The notes under the pieces were generated by a model. That model ran no database searches. It was not told the origin of the DNA and saw only the letters and a program-made list of their open reading frames with translations. From the human T2T-CHM13v2.0 reference genome, Homo sapiens, in the NCBI RefSeq assembly GCF_009914755.1, contig NC_060933.1: a stretch of DNA of 64,000 nucleotides. One strand, written 5' to 3'. This document shows, piece after piece, positions 15,296-30,794 of the stretch (within the stretch, counting starts at the first letter, position 1; every line of letters starts with the position of its first letter). The translations under genes and the position numbers were made by a program.

Positions 15296-16707
15296 TGGAA
15301 TGTATGAATCATAAATGGTTTTTTTAAAGTACTTTTTAAATTGTGTTAAATATACCATAAACTTACATTTTAACTATTTTAAGCGTACAATTCAATGGCA
15401 TTACGTACATTCACAAAGTTGTGTGACCATCACCACTATCCATTTTCAGAACTTTTTCATCATCCCAAACAAAAACTCTATATCCATTAAGTAACTCTCC
15501 ATTTTTCCCAGCCCCTGGTAACCATCATAATGACTTCTTGAAAATATCAAGTCAGCTTACATCCCTGATCTAATAAACCATGTTGACAATCACCTTCATT
15601 ACTTGTGTTCTAATGTCACTCCTTCTCAACCCTGGCTGCATAGTGTAATCACCCGCTAAGGTGAATGCTCAGGGCACCACGGCTAAACAATTCAATCAGG
15701 ATTGCTGTCCCTGGGATCTAAGTATTTGCAGCTTTTAAATGCTCCCCAAGTGATTCTCATGAACATCTAGGTGAGAGCCGCTGTTCTATGCCAACTGTTC
15801 TCAATTTTCACTGTGCCTAAGAATCATCAGAGAAGCTTGCTAAAAACCTAGATTCCTGGCCTCTTTGCCCTATAATTCTGGCTCAGCTGGTGCAAACAGG
15901 GCCCTGGATTTTACATTTTAAAAAAATATATCTTGGCAGGTCACACTTTGAGTATCATTATTCTAAGCTCTTCAAATTGAAGCTAAAAGTCCATGTGTCA
16001 TGAGGACCCAAAGTTGCCCTAAAAGTTCCAATAGCTAGGCACTCAAGTTTGGGTGTTTTAATTTCCCCACTAGACTTATCTAGTGATTAAGCAATTTAAG
16101 TATTACTATCTGTGTTATCACTTAACGATATAGATTGTGAATTCATTTAGTGAGAAAGTCTAAAGTCTATCTTATCTCTTTAAATCCTTAAATTTTGTTT
16201 GAAAAAACAGACAAATATTATGGTTAAGATTATAAAAATAGCTAACACAATTAGTGCCTTATGTGTATTAATTCATTTAATATATTTAATACAACAAATC
16301 TATAAGGTAGATGCCATTACCTCCATTTTACACATGAGAGAAACTGAGGCCCAGGGAGGTTAATTAACTTCCCCAAAGATCACACAGTTAATATAGAGGA
16401 GAACCAGGACTTAAACCTAGGTATTTTTACTCTAAAGTTCAGGCTTTTAACTTACACCACTGTGTCTTTCCAAACAATCGAGAGGCAAAGAATGAGCTTT
16501 GCAAGGGTGCTAAGTCTAAAAGGCCTATTAATCTCAGGAATTCTTCATAAGGAAGTTTAAACTATACATGCTTCATTTTTAACAGAAGCTTACACACAAA
16601 AACAAGGAAGTCCTTTTTAATTTTTTACGTTCTCTATAAAGAGCAATTATAAGTTTTTGAATTAAAGAATAAGTTTTGAATGAAACCTTACTTTGTTAAT
16701 TTGCCAA

Positions 16708-16948
16708 GAGGAAGGAAGGAAGGAAGGAAGGGGGAGGGTAGGGGGAGGAGAGGGGGAGGGAGGGGGAGGGGAGGGGAGGGGAGGGGAGGGAGGGGAGGGA
16801 GGGAAGGGAGGGGAGAGAGGGAGAGAAGGAAGTAAGGAAGTTAGGAGGGAAGGGAGGAAGGAAGGAGGGAAGGGAGGAAGGAGGGAGGGAAGGAAGCAAG
16901 GAAGGGAGGGAAGGAGGGAGGAAGGGGAAAGGGAAGGGGAAGTGGAAG
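16708..16948 (+). repeat. About 240-bp polypurine (GGAA/GGGA/GGGGA) tract
   Basis: Almost purely G/A on the + strand. Confidence 0.95.
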
Positions 16949-18398
16949 AGTTCTTATTGCAATGACTGGGGATAAATGTATGGTGTGCCCTATGGCTTCA
17001 GAAACATGGTGTTTAACCTCTTACATCCCTTCCTTAACAACTGGAGCATCTCAGAGTCACCTGACTTCATTCAATACCCTTACAATTAATCCCCTTCATC
17101 TTCTGCCAAACAGTGAATAAGATTCTAGTCATAAAGGTACTTCCAAATTGCTCTAAACTATCAGCAAACCCATTAAACACAAAATGGTCATTAGAGAAGC
17201 CACAAACAAGCAATTCCCAGGACCCAAACGACCTGGAAATTAATGGGGGCAGAAAGAGAATCTAATCAGGAATTGATGCTGATTTTACATGGGGCAAAGA
17301 ACATTCTCAGAGTCAGTGTTTCTGTCAAAAACACTTGGTTTGTGGGGTTTGATTTCTGAACAAAAGTAATTATTTAGATGAAGCTCAAGCTTCATGACAA
17401 AAGAAAAACACCACCATTCAAGGTGCTATTGAAGAACTGCTGCATGTGCCAAGCAGCAGACCAAAAATAATGGAGACATTCTGCTGGAACAAATGAAAGA
17501 GTACAATAAAGACCCCGTTATGATCCTCTCTGAACAAAGAAAGGGCTAACGTAGGTATTCTTGAGTGTCAGCTCACCAGGGTGGGAGGGGAATCACAGCC
17601 CTAATCTGCTCTGAAAGGGAGTGGGAATCTTTTGTTTCTGAGGCTGCAATCATCTGATACCTTATTGTTTCAGGGTGAGAGATATTACTAACAGGCTGGT
17701 GGGGGCGGGGGTCTTTGGTGGGAGATAATGGGTCTCCAGATGTGCCCACAATAAAATAAAAGGCATGAGAGGCTAAATGAAGTCACCAGCCTACTGGGAA
17801 TAATTTGTGTCTTCATGGTCAAAAAATGGATCCCAACATGAAAATTCAGATGGCATCTGTCACAAACTAAAGGGGTCAATAAATCAAAAATAAGCATGGT
17901 CGTGTTTTTCCTATAAAGTTCCTGCAAAACATGTATGTAAATGTGTATACACATGTTCTGAATCCATTACCTCTACTTTATTGAAAAATATGTAAATGTA
18001 TAAGCAGCAAATACAAGATTCTTTTCATAAGAGGTAATATAGTGTTGCACCATGTATTAGAATAAAATAACCAAAAAAATCATATTTTAAACAGATAGCT
18101 TCCTCAATTTATTCAATTTTTTAAAAATATAAGATACATTGCTTCAGGATTTCACTTTATGTTTGTGGATTTACTTCAGGCACAATATTATGTATTAATT
18201 ACTTAAAAATATATTTTATTGATAATTATAGATCTAAATTATTCGTGAAAAAATCAACATTTCATTCATTCAGTAAGCTAATTGTGAGCTCTTGCTATCG
18301 TTAGAGGATTGTGGTAGGAACTATGGGGTATACAGAAAAAAGATTTACAGCATCCCCAAGAAATGCAATTCCTAAATTCAATTTTAAATCACTTGTTT

Positions 18399-18668
18399 TG
18401 ACCACATGTTCTCACTCATAGGTGGGAATTGAACAATGAGATCACTTGGACACAGGGCAGGGAACATCACACACTGGGCCTGTTGAGGGGTGGAGGGCTG
18501 GGAGAGGGATAGCATTAGGAGAAATACCTAAAGTAAATGACGAGTTGATGGGTGCAGCAAACCAACATAGCACACGTATACCTATGTAACAAACCTGCAC
18601 GTTGTACACATGTACCCTAGAACTTAAAGTATAATAATAAAAAAAAGATTTTTTAAAGAAAATAAAAT
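18399..18668 (+). mobile_element. 5'-truncated L1PA 3' end
   Basis: catgttctcactcataggtgggaattgaacaatgag...cctagaacttaaagtataataataa, with TSD aaatcacttgttt (18386-18398, 18669-18681). Confidence 0.93.
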
Positions 18669-19651
18669 AAATCACTTGTTTGGAAGGCAAGTGAAATTGA
18701 CCAAGTTTCCCAGGCAATCTCAACAATGGCTGTTTAATCCCTAAAGTTGTTAGTACTTGTGTTTGGGGTCCTGAGAACAAAAGAGGAGTCTACTAGGGAA
18801 AAGACAATGTAGTCCTCTCTGGCTTTCAAGGCAAACTTAAGCACCATTTTAATAATTTCGCTACAGACCAGTATTTCACTTTAATACTCAGTTTGTATCA
18901 CATGTTATTTTTTTTAAATGGTCGTATTTCTAGTGGAAAACACATGCTATGAAGAAGGAGCATATGAGTATTTTATGACACATTTTTAGACAAACTACAG
19001 ACTGTGACAACACCTAAAATAAGACAGATAATCCAAAATGGGGATAATCTAAGTCATTCATATTAAAATTGGCAATGTACTCTACAAAGCTTTTAAAACA
19101 TAATTTTTGGTATTTAGATATTCCTTGAGAGAGTCGTTTTGTGAGTATTTATTTACTGGATTATAAAAAGTAGTAGCCCAAAAGGCTTGGTTATGAATCA
19201 AGCAAGCAAGTAAGCAAAGCAATTAGAAAATTGCACAGGCAATTTAGGCAGTATTAAATTAAATAATAAAGAAGTGACTCAGACTACGAAAACATATCTA
19301 CTTAAAATATACAAATGCTGTTAAAAAAAAAATACAAATGCTGGAAAAACATAAGCATTCCAAAAAGTAGCTAGTGCTTTTGTCTAATTCTCAGTTGCCC
19401 CCACAAAAAGATACCTTAAAAACTCACTGTTATTTTAAATTAAATTCTTCTCTTGGGAAAAAAAACTGGTGTATTACCTCAAAAGCAGTTCAAAGTGAGA
19501 GAGACTTGTATAATTGGTAAGAGCATCCACTTTATTTGGTAATAAATTACAGTAACTAAACATAGAAAGCAATTATTTTGAGATTTCAATAACATTAAAG
19601 GAAATCATGCTTTTTTTTTTTTTTTTTTACCTATAAAAAGAGGCATGATTT

Positions 19652-19766
19652 TGGCCAAGCAAGGTGGCTCACACCTGTAATCTCAGTGCTTTGGGGGGTC
19701 AATATGGGAGGATTGCTTGAGGCCAGGAATTCAAGACCAGCCTGGGAACCTAGTGAGACACCCTGT

Positions 19767-19807
<41 letters not shown>

Positions 19808-20382
19808 TAAATCAGCTGGCTGTGGTGGTTCCATGCCTGTAGCCCTAGCTACTCCGGAGGCGGAGGCAGTGAGGCAGGAGGATTGCATGAGACCAGTAGT
19901 TCAAGGTTGCAGTGAGCCATGAATGAACCACTGCAGCCCAGCTTGGGTGACAGAGTAAGACTCTCTAAAAAAATAAAAAATAAAATTAAATAAATAAAGG
20001 AGAGGCATGATTTTAATAAAATTGAGCTATTCTCATTTAATGCTTTCAAACACCACACTATCTCATCCATGAACCCTTCTCAAGTTTCCATAAATTAGCA
20101 GGGCACAATGGCTCACACTTGTAATCCCAGCACTTTGAGAGGCTGAGGCAGGAGGATCGCTTGAGCTCAGGAGTTCGAGACTAGCCTGGGCAACATAGTG
20201 AGTGAGACCTTATCTCTATTAAAAACCAAAAAAATTAACTGGGCATGGTGGCATGTGCCTTTAGTCCTAGCTACTCACTAGACTGAGGCATGAGGATCAC
20301 TTGAGCCTGGGAGGTGAAGGCTGCAACAAACTGACTGCACCACTGTACTCCAACCTGGGTGACAGAGCATGACTCTGTCTCA

Positions 20383-20413
<31 letters not shown>
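19652..20413 (+). mobile_element. Two AluJ-like elements; the first has (CA)n grown in its linker (19770-19803)
   Basis: TSD agaggcatgatttt around the first element. Confidence 0.88.
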
Positions 20414-20416
<3 letters not shown>

Positions 20417-20614
20417 CTTACAGGATCATCTTACTTTTTGCCTTATGTTTCAGTTAATTTATGTACTTGTCCATCTGCAGCAGACCACAAGCCTCTTGAG
20501 ACCAGGAGTGATTGGTATTCTCGCAAAAGCTTACATACAACATACAGTAGATACTCAACAAATGATTGTTGAATTTAGATCACAAATTCCTGCCAAGGAA
20601 TTAAGCAAAAATGC

Positions 20615-20892
20615 TAGATAGATAGATAGATAGATAGGCTATATATATATGTATATAGGTGTATATATATATATATATATGTATATATACACACGTATAT
20701 GTATATACCTATATATATATACCTAGCATATATATATGTGCGTGTGTATGTGTGTGTGTATATATATATGTATATACATACATGTAGTTATTGAGGAGGA
20801 AACAAATAGTTGAAAAAATTAAGTCCACTTTCATTCAGAAATCAATTTGATTTTGTCTAAGCATACTCCCAAAGAATCTCTTCAACTACAGA

Positions 20893-20965
<73 letters not shown>

Positions 20966-20990
20966 AGAGAAAGAGAGACAGAGAGAGAGA
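20615..20990. repeat. Microsatellite cluster: (TAGA)n, (TA)n/(TG)n, (CT)n(CA)n, (GA)n
   Basis: Directly visible. Confidence 0.93.
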
Positions 20991-22694
20991 AATTTCCTAT
21001 TTAATCCTTCTTTGACATCCTTGAGGCTCTGGGCAATTTGACTAATTTCTATATCAGTTTCTCTGATTCAGGAGAAAATTGAGAACAATACTACTTAAAG
21101 CAAAAAAAGTCTATGTGTTAATTCTTATAAAATGCAATTCTAGTATGAAAACTAATAGGTGACTAAAAGGTATTATTAACAACTGCAGGAAGGAATTCTA
21201 AAGATAAAGAGCAGCAAACTACCTAGATAAATTCAACCTTTCACAATATTTTGTAATAGTTTTAACTACACATTATGAAATGCAGTAGGCACACAGAAAA
21301 AAAGAAACATTCCACTCCACTTTATTTTGTTATGTTGACAGCCATTCAATGCTGTGATCAAAGAGAAAGGCTTCTCAACACAGAGAAAGCGGCAGCAGTT
21401 CAAAACTAGTAGGAGCTCTTTAAAAGGGATTTTAGTGTTCTTTCAGCTGCTGAGATGTTAATATGCAAGACAAAGGTACTTATCACTTACATGGTGGTTG
21501 AGGACACTTGCCCCCTAGGCTATATCATCAGTCCCCCAAATAATCTAGCCCTTCCAACCCAATGCAGAGAAGGTGCCACAGCCACACAGTCCAAGAAATG
21601 CATATTGGCCCCATCATCCCCTCATATTGAACAACTAATGAAAATACAATACTTTTGATTCATTTAAGCTCTCTCAAATCACGCCTAGGCTTTTTAAGAA
21701 AACTAATTTTTGAATGGAAGATTCAGGCTTGTGGGAAGAGCCAAGAAGTTGGCACGATCTAATCAGGTCAGTTCTTTTTTGATCAAGGACATAATTTTTT
21801 AAACAATACTCAACCTAAGGGTCAAGTTACAATTTTTGCTTTCGGAGAGTTTCAGTACAACTGGCCAAAATTTGGCTAAGAACATTTTTTCTTTTATTAC
21901 GATCTTAGAAGATCTAACACATTCACTAGTATGCCCAAAAAGTAAAAACATGCAGCAAAAAGTAAAAAGAGGAGTGAGCATGAATTATCATGAAAACAGA
22001 TGCTACTATAATTATTTGTACTTTTGACCTAATAAAATATTTAACCAGATTCTAACTGCCTTGAATTTTCAATTAATAATTCCACATTCCCAACCTCCTA
22101 CTTTCAGGAGAAGAACACAACAAAGAATAACCATCAGGGATCACCATTTAGATCTTCTGGTTTGGTTTGGTTTGGTTTGGTTTGAGGGGAAGCAGGGTTA
22201 GGGCGTTTCATTTAGTTTTGTTTTAGATTCAGATTATGTCCATTGACAAACAGTGAACTCAACAAATACCCTGTACATAAAAAAGTGTTCAATTAGAAAA
22301 TAACCTTAGCAAAGCAGACTTTTTAGGTCCTCTAATTCCGCAAGTTTCAAATAAATAATTAAGTGTGACCAATACTCTCAAGAAGATTATGTACTTAAAT
22401 AACTATTATAAAGGTTTTCAAAGAGTTTGGGTAGGGAGGAATCTTTCTATACGTAGTTTAGCAGAATATAATGTATCACCTATTCTATTCCCAGAGCACA
22501 CAGGATAATATACATTTTTTAAAAAAACAACCACTGCAAAGAATTCAACATAAATGCTAGGTCTATACATACAGCTATTTATGAGAAAACGGACATATGG
22601 TTGAAACAATTAAGTCAACTTTCATTCAGAGATCTGCTCGATTGTGTATTAGCATACTCTCAAAGAATTGAAAACCCTTAGACCTCTAAACAGG

Positions 22695-23249
22695 TGTGGG
22701 GCCAAGGACCTTGGCCACCTGAAGGTTCACTGAAAAATCAACTCACAAAAGCCAGATCAACAGGGGAAAAGACACAAAACTTTATCTAATGTGTTATACA
22801 CAGGAGACTTCAGAATGAAAACCCAACCCCCTGGTGGGGTACAGAAGTGTGTAAATACCTTCTAGAAATTGGAGAAAGAATGCAGGCTCAGAGCATGGCC
22901 GAAAACAGGTTACAGTAGTAAATCAGGTTTTAGCTGTAAGACAGGTTATGTAAGGAGGCTTGGCAAGCAAAGGTGGTCTTGTTATGTAGATGAACCGAAC
23001 CTCACAGGTAGCACCCCTGAGAGGAGAGACGGCAAATGTCTCTTTCAGATCTGTAAGGAGTCAGACTTAATTAATCCTTCCTAGAACCGGACAAGAGAAA
23101 GCCTGGCTGCATTAATGCATATTTTCTATAGATGCAAATTTCCCCCATAAAAGACTGCTTTGCAGGGTGACTTCTGTTTGCTGCTGTTTGCTGACATCTC
23201 AAAATATGTCAAAGAAATATATTTGGGGGTAAAATATTTTGATTTCCTA
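22695..23249 (-). mobile_element. ERV1 MER4-group solo LTR (MER39/MER34-like)
   Basis: Minus strand begins aggaaatcaaaatattttacccccaaatatatttctttgacatattttgagatg and ends ...cccaca. Confidence 0.7.
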
Positions 23250-23791
23250 AAATAGAAGATTTTCCACAGGACATGCCTTCACACTGTCCCACAAGGCGCA
23301 TTCTCCATTATTTCTTTGCCCTTGTCACAGCGCTTTTGTCTTTTTCCTTCAACTCTCAAAAATCAGTATGAGTCACAATCACCTGCAACTGTTTGGCATG
23401 TTTCCAAGAAATAAGACACTCTGCACAGTTAGTTTACTTACACAGATCTTTGTTTACTTTTATTAAGCAGATTATAGCCAGGTCAATGTTCAGAGGTAGA
23501 AGGGAAATGCACCAACTCTTAATTATAAACCTCTGCCTATGAAGGGAAAGGACAAGGGACTGAGAACCCCTAATTGTTTATATGTCCCTACCTGCTTTAT
23601 CTATTTGATCGATTTAGACACATATAAGTGATATTCCCAAGTTAAGCTATTGTTATAATAAACATCTGTATGCATCAGACTTCTAGATTCACACCATGTA
23701 TCACTCAGATTATCTCCTTCCTTAAAGAAAAAAAAAATCTTGCCTGCCCCAAAAACCTATTAAAATATAATACAGCGAAAGTATAAGAAAC

Positions 23792-24395
23792 TGTGGGGGT
23801 CATAGGCTTTTGGCTCCCTGAAAGTTCACTAAAATCCCTGCCATGAGGCAGTTTGATTCACAGGAGAAAAGACATATTTAATGTGTAAGCATGGGAGCCT
23901 TCAGAAGGAAAACCCAACTTCCCAATGAGGCACAGAAGTTGTATGATATCCTGAGGTTCCAGGGAGAATGAGGGCTTGGATCCTGGTAAAAAAGGTTATG
24001 GGAAGGAGAAGAGGAGGAATTCTATTGAGGGAATAAATGATTACTAGGGAGAATGATTGGATGGGGAAACAGAAATTGACTTCTAGATAGTTCTTTTTGG
24101 AATTTAAATGATCCGTGGAGGTAGTCTTTATCTTGAATAGGGCTGTTCGGATGTGGTTAGATTTTTGGTCCTTCCTGCAACGGATAATGAAATAAAAGGG
24201 AAAGAAGCAGGGATAATTGTTCTCCTTGTTGGGGGGTACGGGGAGGTGGGGGGGGGATGGCAGGGGGTCAGTCCTATCTTTGTAGTAGGGGAAAAGTCTC
24301 TCCAGGAACTTTTTGATCTCTAAAGGCTTTTAATTTAAAATACTCATTTTACCAGGGAAGCCATATATTGCGGTGAAGTATTTTTATTTTCTTCA
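23792..24395 (-). mobile_element. Second related ERV1 solo LTR (MER34/LTR48-like)
   Basis: TGAAG...CA termini on minus. Shares ctgaa.gttcact.aaa and cttcagaa.gaaaacccaac with the LTR at 22695. Confidence 0.7.
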
Positions 24396-26754
24396 GAATA
24401 TTTCAAACCTATAGTCCTAAAAAGACTAAATTTACTTAAAAAAAAAAAAAGATACTAAGCTTTGGATTAGAATAAGTATTATTTAAAGTTGAAAGATTTA
24501 TTTTCCTGCTTAAAAATTTACTTTTGTATTAAGCTATAGTCTTTTTGCTAGAAAACTACTAAAAAACTATAGTTAGGAAATAAATCTCTGGAAAAACAAA
24601 AATTAACTATAAATACTAAGAGTTTGCTTAACCTGATAATAACAAAATAAGAAATGCCTATGGTCTGTATTTAAGGAATTCAGATGAGCAACTTAGCCAC
24701 AGTTTCACTAAAGTGGCCACATCTTCGGCAAATCACATTGGACTCTCCTGTTAAAATATGAATCCCTCAAAACAAAGAGCTGCTATTTATAATGTTTAAT
24801 GCCAAAAGTGAACCAAGTGAAAACTTCTTAAAGTGAAATAAATGACTTTAAAGAAATATTTAAAATTCATTCCTATGTTTCTGTCATTTATGCAAGGTAA
24901 AGGAGGCAGCTGTCTAATTTTTCTGATCCCAAATATACTAATTAATCCTATCTTTTTCCAACGATGTTAAACAAGTCTATGAGAAGTAATGCTTGACCCT
25001 AAAGCCAATGAGGCTGATACGGCCAAAAGGTTAAAATGTATTATCATGCCCAAAAAAAGAAAAACATAAAAGGAAAAAACTGCAGACCTACTACAGACCA
25101 AGCGGGGAGGAAGGGTAGCAATTAAGAACAGCTAACACTCTCTGAGCAACCAAAAATAAAAATAAAAAGAGAGCAAAGTACATAGGCCTCTAGGTGGAAG
25201 TAAAGAACTAGAAGATAAACTGCAGAGAGATAGATTGTTCTTCAACCCAGAAAATTAGAAAAAAGGGAAAAAGGTCGTTGTACCTACCAGTCATTCTCTA
25301 TTCCCTTCGGTTTCCTTTTTTCCTATTAATATTTCTCATATTTCTTTTTCTCCTTAATTCTTTTTATTGAAAAGCTGTTCTCTTTTCTCCCTTCCTTCCC
25401 AGTGATCCTAGACCATCCCCCTTCGCCCTTGTTCTCAACTGGCTGGGAAGATTCAAGAGAGGCTTCCAACCTGCTGGCAGTGACGGATGGCAGTGCAGAG
25501 GCACACAATGGCAAGTGCAGGCGCGTCACCAGCCTTGCAGCTGGCCTTCCAAAGAAAGAACCAAAGTCGAAGTCTGTCCTGACAGAGGCTGATTTAATTA
25601 AGGTTATAGCAAAGGGCAGAACTGCCTGTGGGCTGCATTCTCTGCAGAGGGCCAAAGACAATGCATTAAAATACTTCTCAGGAAGAAAAAACCAAGAAAG
25701 TTATGTTGGCAAAATGTTGAAAGGTGGGAAAAATGAAAAGACAACAGGGATGTGTTTGAAAAACAAGCAAAGACCTGCCAAAGTTCATGATCTAGTGATG
25801 TACAGATACCAAAATGCAATGACAATAGGAAACAGAAGGGGTATGTTTTGATGTGCCTTTCACACTAGAAATATTTCAAATGAATAATGAGATGCCCAGA
25901 CTGAAATAATCCAAGGCTGTTCAATCCAGCATCATAGTAAAGTTTCTATCAATGGCAGGGCCAGGACCAGAACCCAAGTTGACTATTTCTTTCAACTGTA
26001 ACACATAGCCTATTTTTAATATAACTTAAACCACTTGGAATAAAGCCTTTTCAAACAGGGCACAAGGTCAGCTTTGAGCATCTCTTATGAGAAAAGGGTT
26101 CTGCTAGACACTGGAGACCCAATAGTACAAAAAATAAACATGGTTCCTACATTCAAGAAGCTCACAGCCCAGCATTTGGGGGTAGAAAGAGTAGGGAGAC
26201 AACACAAGTAAACAAGTAATTAAACTGAATGTTGAGGCAAAGAAGGTGGGCTGAGGAGGTGATTGCTTGAGTTTATTAAATCCCTATGAATGGAATAGAG
26301 CTTAATTTTCTAAAAGCCCTGGCAAATTTACTCACCCAAATGTGCACCACCAGACGATTACTAATATCTTTCTTATTTTGCATGTGTAAACTAAAGTCTA
26401 CCACTGAACTCCGCCATTTAAATGACGACACGTTGCCCAATAGTGACTAAAAAGTATGGGAGGGGGGGAGGGTGACACACTACAGAAGTCTTTCATATTC
26501 TTTGAAAGGGTGTCACCTGCAGGTGAGTTCCAGGCCAGAATATAAAACAGTCATAGTCCCTCTCCTCCTAGGCCACGTGAAACCTAAGCCAAACAAAAGG
26601 GCCATCTTACACATTCTCAACAGTTTCCTCTATGTTCCTCAAGACTCAAGGGTGCTACAGAGTCAAAAGGCAGAACTTCTAATGAACAAGTAATTACTCA
26701 GCACTAGAGTGGCAGCTGGACTTCACTTAGCCGAATAGGGATACACTGTGGCTA

Positions 26755-27469
<715 letters not shown>

Positions 27470-30376
27470 TCAAACCACAACTTAAAAAAAAAAAAAAGAA
27501 AACCTCAAGAACTCATTTTTCTAATTCCTCCTGAAACAGGAATCAGGCATATGTCCCTGTGTTAAGCTAAATCTTTCCCATTCCTAAAATGTTAATAATT
27601 AACTTTCCAAACTTCATTGTATGTGAAAAAATGATTCATTCTTCAGGGAAGTGAATCACCATTACAGAGACCATTAAGACAACAGAAGGCTTGCTGTCTC
27701 CAAAGTGCACACCAATAATTAAGTAAGAGCCCCCAAATCGATAACAATTTCACACTGGAGGGGGACTTAATCTGACCTGACCACGATATCAAATTTATAG
27801 TGGATATTCATATGTTTTAAGATACTTACATGAAACTCAGTCAGAGGTCAATTCTTTTCTCATGGGCTCAATGTGGATTGTCTTAAATTTCAACTCTTTC
27901 AGGCAACAACATCCTAATGACACTTCTAACCAGTGGTAAAGCCTTATTAAAAAATATGAGGATTAAGAATGCCACAATCTCTACCAGGCAAACTTTTCAC
28001 ATAAAATTCTTATCAAATATTGAACTTTTACTTATTGTTCAAACTACAATGGACCCTTGATACAACAAATGTAAAAAGGTTTATCACTTTTCACCGTGTA
28101 AAGAAAATAAATGTCTTGTTACAAATCTGGTTACTAGGTTACCCTAATATTAACAATTTCAAAGCAGATTTGCCTTATAGATCAAAGGACTGATTTGTTG
28201 GGAGATAGCAATTCTGTGTTTTAAGACATACAGTTTATGAGTCTTTCACTTTTTTTAAAGACATTTTAATAAAAACCCTATGCTTAATTTATCTCTGTAT
28301 TGCTCACAGCAACCAGTACAGTGCCTTGCACATCCTAGGAATGCAATAAAATAGTTGCTGAACATAGTTCCTGACAACCAATATTAAAGGCTTCCCAAAG
28401 CAAGTACCAGGAAAACAAAAGAACAAGCAAACATGACCTACAGCCATAAGTTTTGAAGAAGAAAAAAAAGAACATGCAAACATATTCTAGTATGCTTTTA
28501 TTCTATGATTCACAAGCCAAATCTGAACAGGGTTTCCAGGAACTTGCTTCTTCTAAAAAATGTGCACATCTACAGTACTTTAAATTTCCATCCTGTTTAT
28601 AGAAAATACAAGTAAAGCTAATGCTATTTTTACACTTAGTTCCTTATTTCCCAGAAATTTGTTACAAGTAACATCACCCCACCATCATGTGTAAGTAGTA
28701 GGCAATGAAAAAATATACATAGTGTCTGCCTTAAACCTGAAAGCAGTGACTTTCAAAGCCCAAATGCAAATTATCTGATCATTAAACTAATTAAATTGCT
28801 AACAAAGCCAAACAGGAATAAAATAAGAATATATCTGAGAAAGAAAAAAAAAAAAGTGCTGACTGGAAACAGGGACAAAGGAGTTCTTGTCCCTGCTTGG
28901 CTATTAATTTACTATATGACCTTACCTAATTATTTAGCCTCTCTGGGTCCCAACTTCCTTGTTTTAATATTATCTTTGAGGTCCCTTCAAGTGACATGCT
29001 AAGATTCAGCATATGTAGCAGTGTCTAGAAAACTGATTTACATTCATTACCCCCCTCCCCACCGCACCCCTGGCAAAAGGGCACAGTTCACTTGATAGTT
29101 TTAAATATCTGAGTTTGGATTTCTATCAAAGGCAATTTATTAAAATGTCAGATGGGCTTAAGTCCATTTCAAGTGGAGAACTAAAGCGAGTATTGCTAAC
29201 AGATTCGCCTAGACAGCAGCTGCTGCTATTGAGAGAATAGACTTTAATCTAGATGAAAATTATACCTCTTTACAAATGGAGAAAACTAGTAATGGGGATT
29301 TTCATACTCTCAAAAAGGCAGATGCATAGCTTTTCTTCCTTTTTTTTTTTTTCCTTTTCCATATTCATCATATTGAGAGAGAGGAAAACAGAAGGGCTAG
29401 CTTGGCTTGGGAGGCAGAGGGGAGAATGGATGTTACCGTACAAAACCAGACAAGACCTTTTCAATTGATGTACTGTACTAGACAGCCCATTCTTCTCACT
29501 AATGCTCACAATCCAAGAGAAATGAAAAGATTTCCTGTGGCTGGGATGGGAAGAAGCCTGGACAAGAGAGCAATACCATATGACAGTAACTAGCTTAAAA
29601 GTCTAAAGACTTGCTCTCAAGATGGGATTCAGATCATTCTGGAAAGGGCCAATAAAATGAAAATCTGTAGCTGAGACCTGATTAAGCTATGATTTATATC
29701 TATTTATAGCTTTAAAAAACTTTTGAAAGTACCTTTTGATACCAGACAGCATTAGCCTGTACAGTACTTTATCATATATTAATACATAGCAAACTTACTC
29801 AAATTGAATCCCCAAAACATTCCCATAAAGCATTTTAAAACTCCTTTTTCAGGTGAAGAAACAACGTGAGAAGGATTAGGGGATTTGCCCACAGCAAATG
29901 TTTAGCAAGTGCCAAGCCTTGTTTTAAATCCAAGTCTGACTTCAAGTCCTCCAATCTTCACCATTTTAAGATAGTACTTCTGACACTAGTTTTCAGTCCC
30001 TACTATTTTGTCTGATTTAACAAATTTTATTTCTCACAAAATTGCTCCCCCACCCCCAACTGTTCCTTCTCTGGCTTCTTAGAGCGTTCTGTGCGTAATT
30101 CTCCCAGACATGCACTTATTGGACCTTCTAATTGTTCATTTCCTTATGTCCGGGGCTAGGCTCATTTCTTCAATAGCAGAGATTGTCATCTCTCTAGTTG
30201 CAAGTGACACAGGTATCTTCAATCCCTGTGGCCTCCCGGGTTGCAACCACTTCAACTCCTTCTCTTTACCAACATGAATGCTCCACAAAGCAGGTGTTGC
30301 AATTGCTTCCAGAGGGTCTGGACCACAATAGGTGATTAATAAGTGCTAGCTGAATGGATGGTGGGTGGGTGAATGA

Positions 30377-30794
<418 letters not shown>

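Noticed and set aside
16693-16965. Gly/Glu/Arg-rich and Pro/Ser-rich ORFs
   Set aside because: Translation of the polypurine low-complexity tract.
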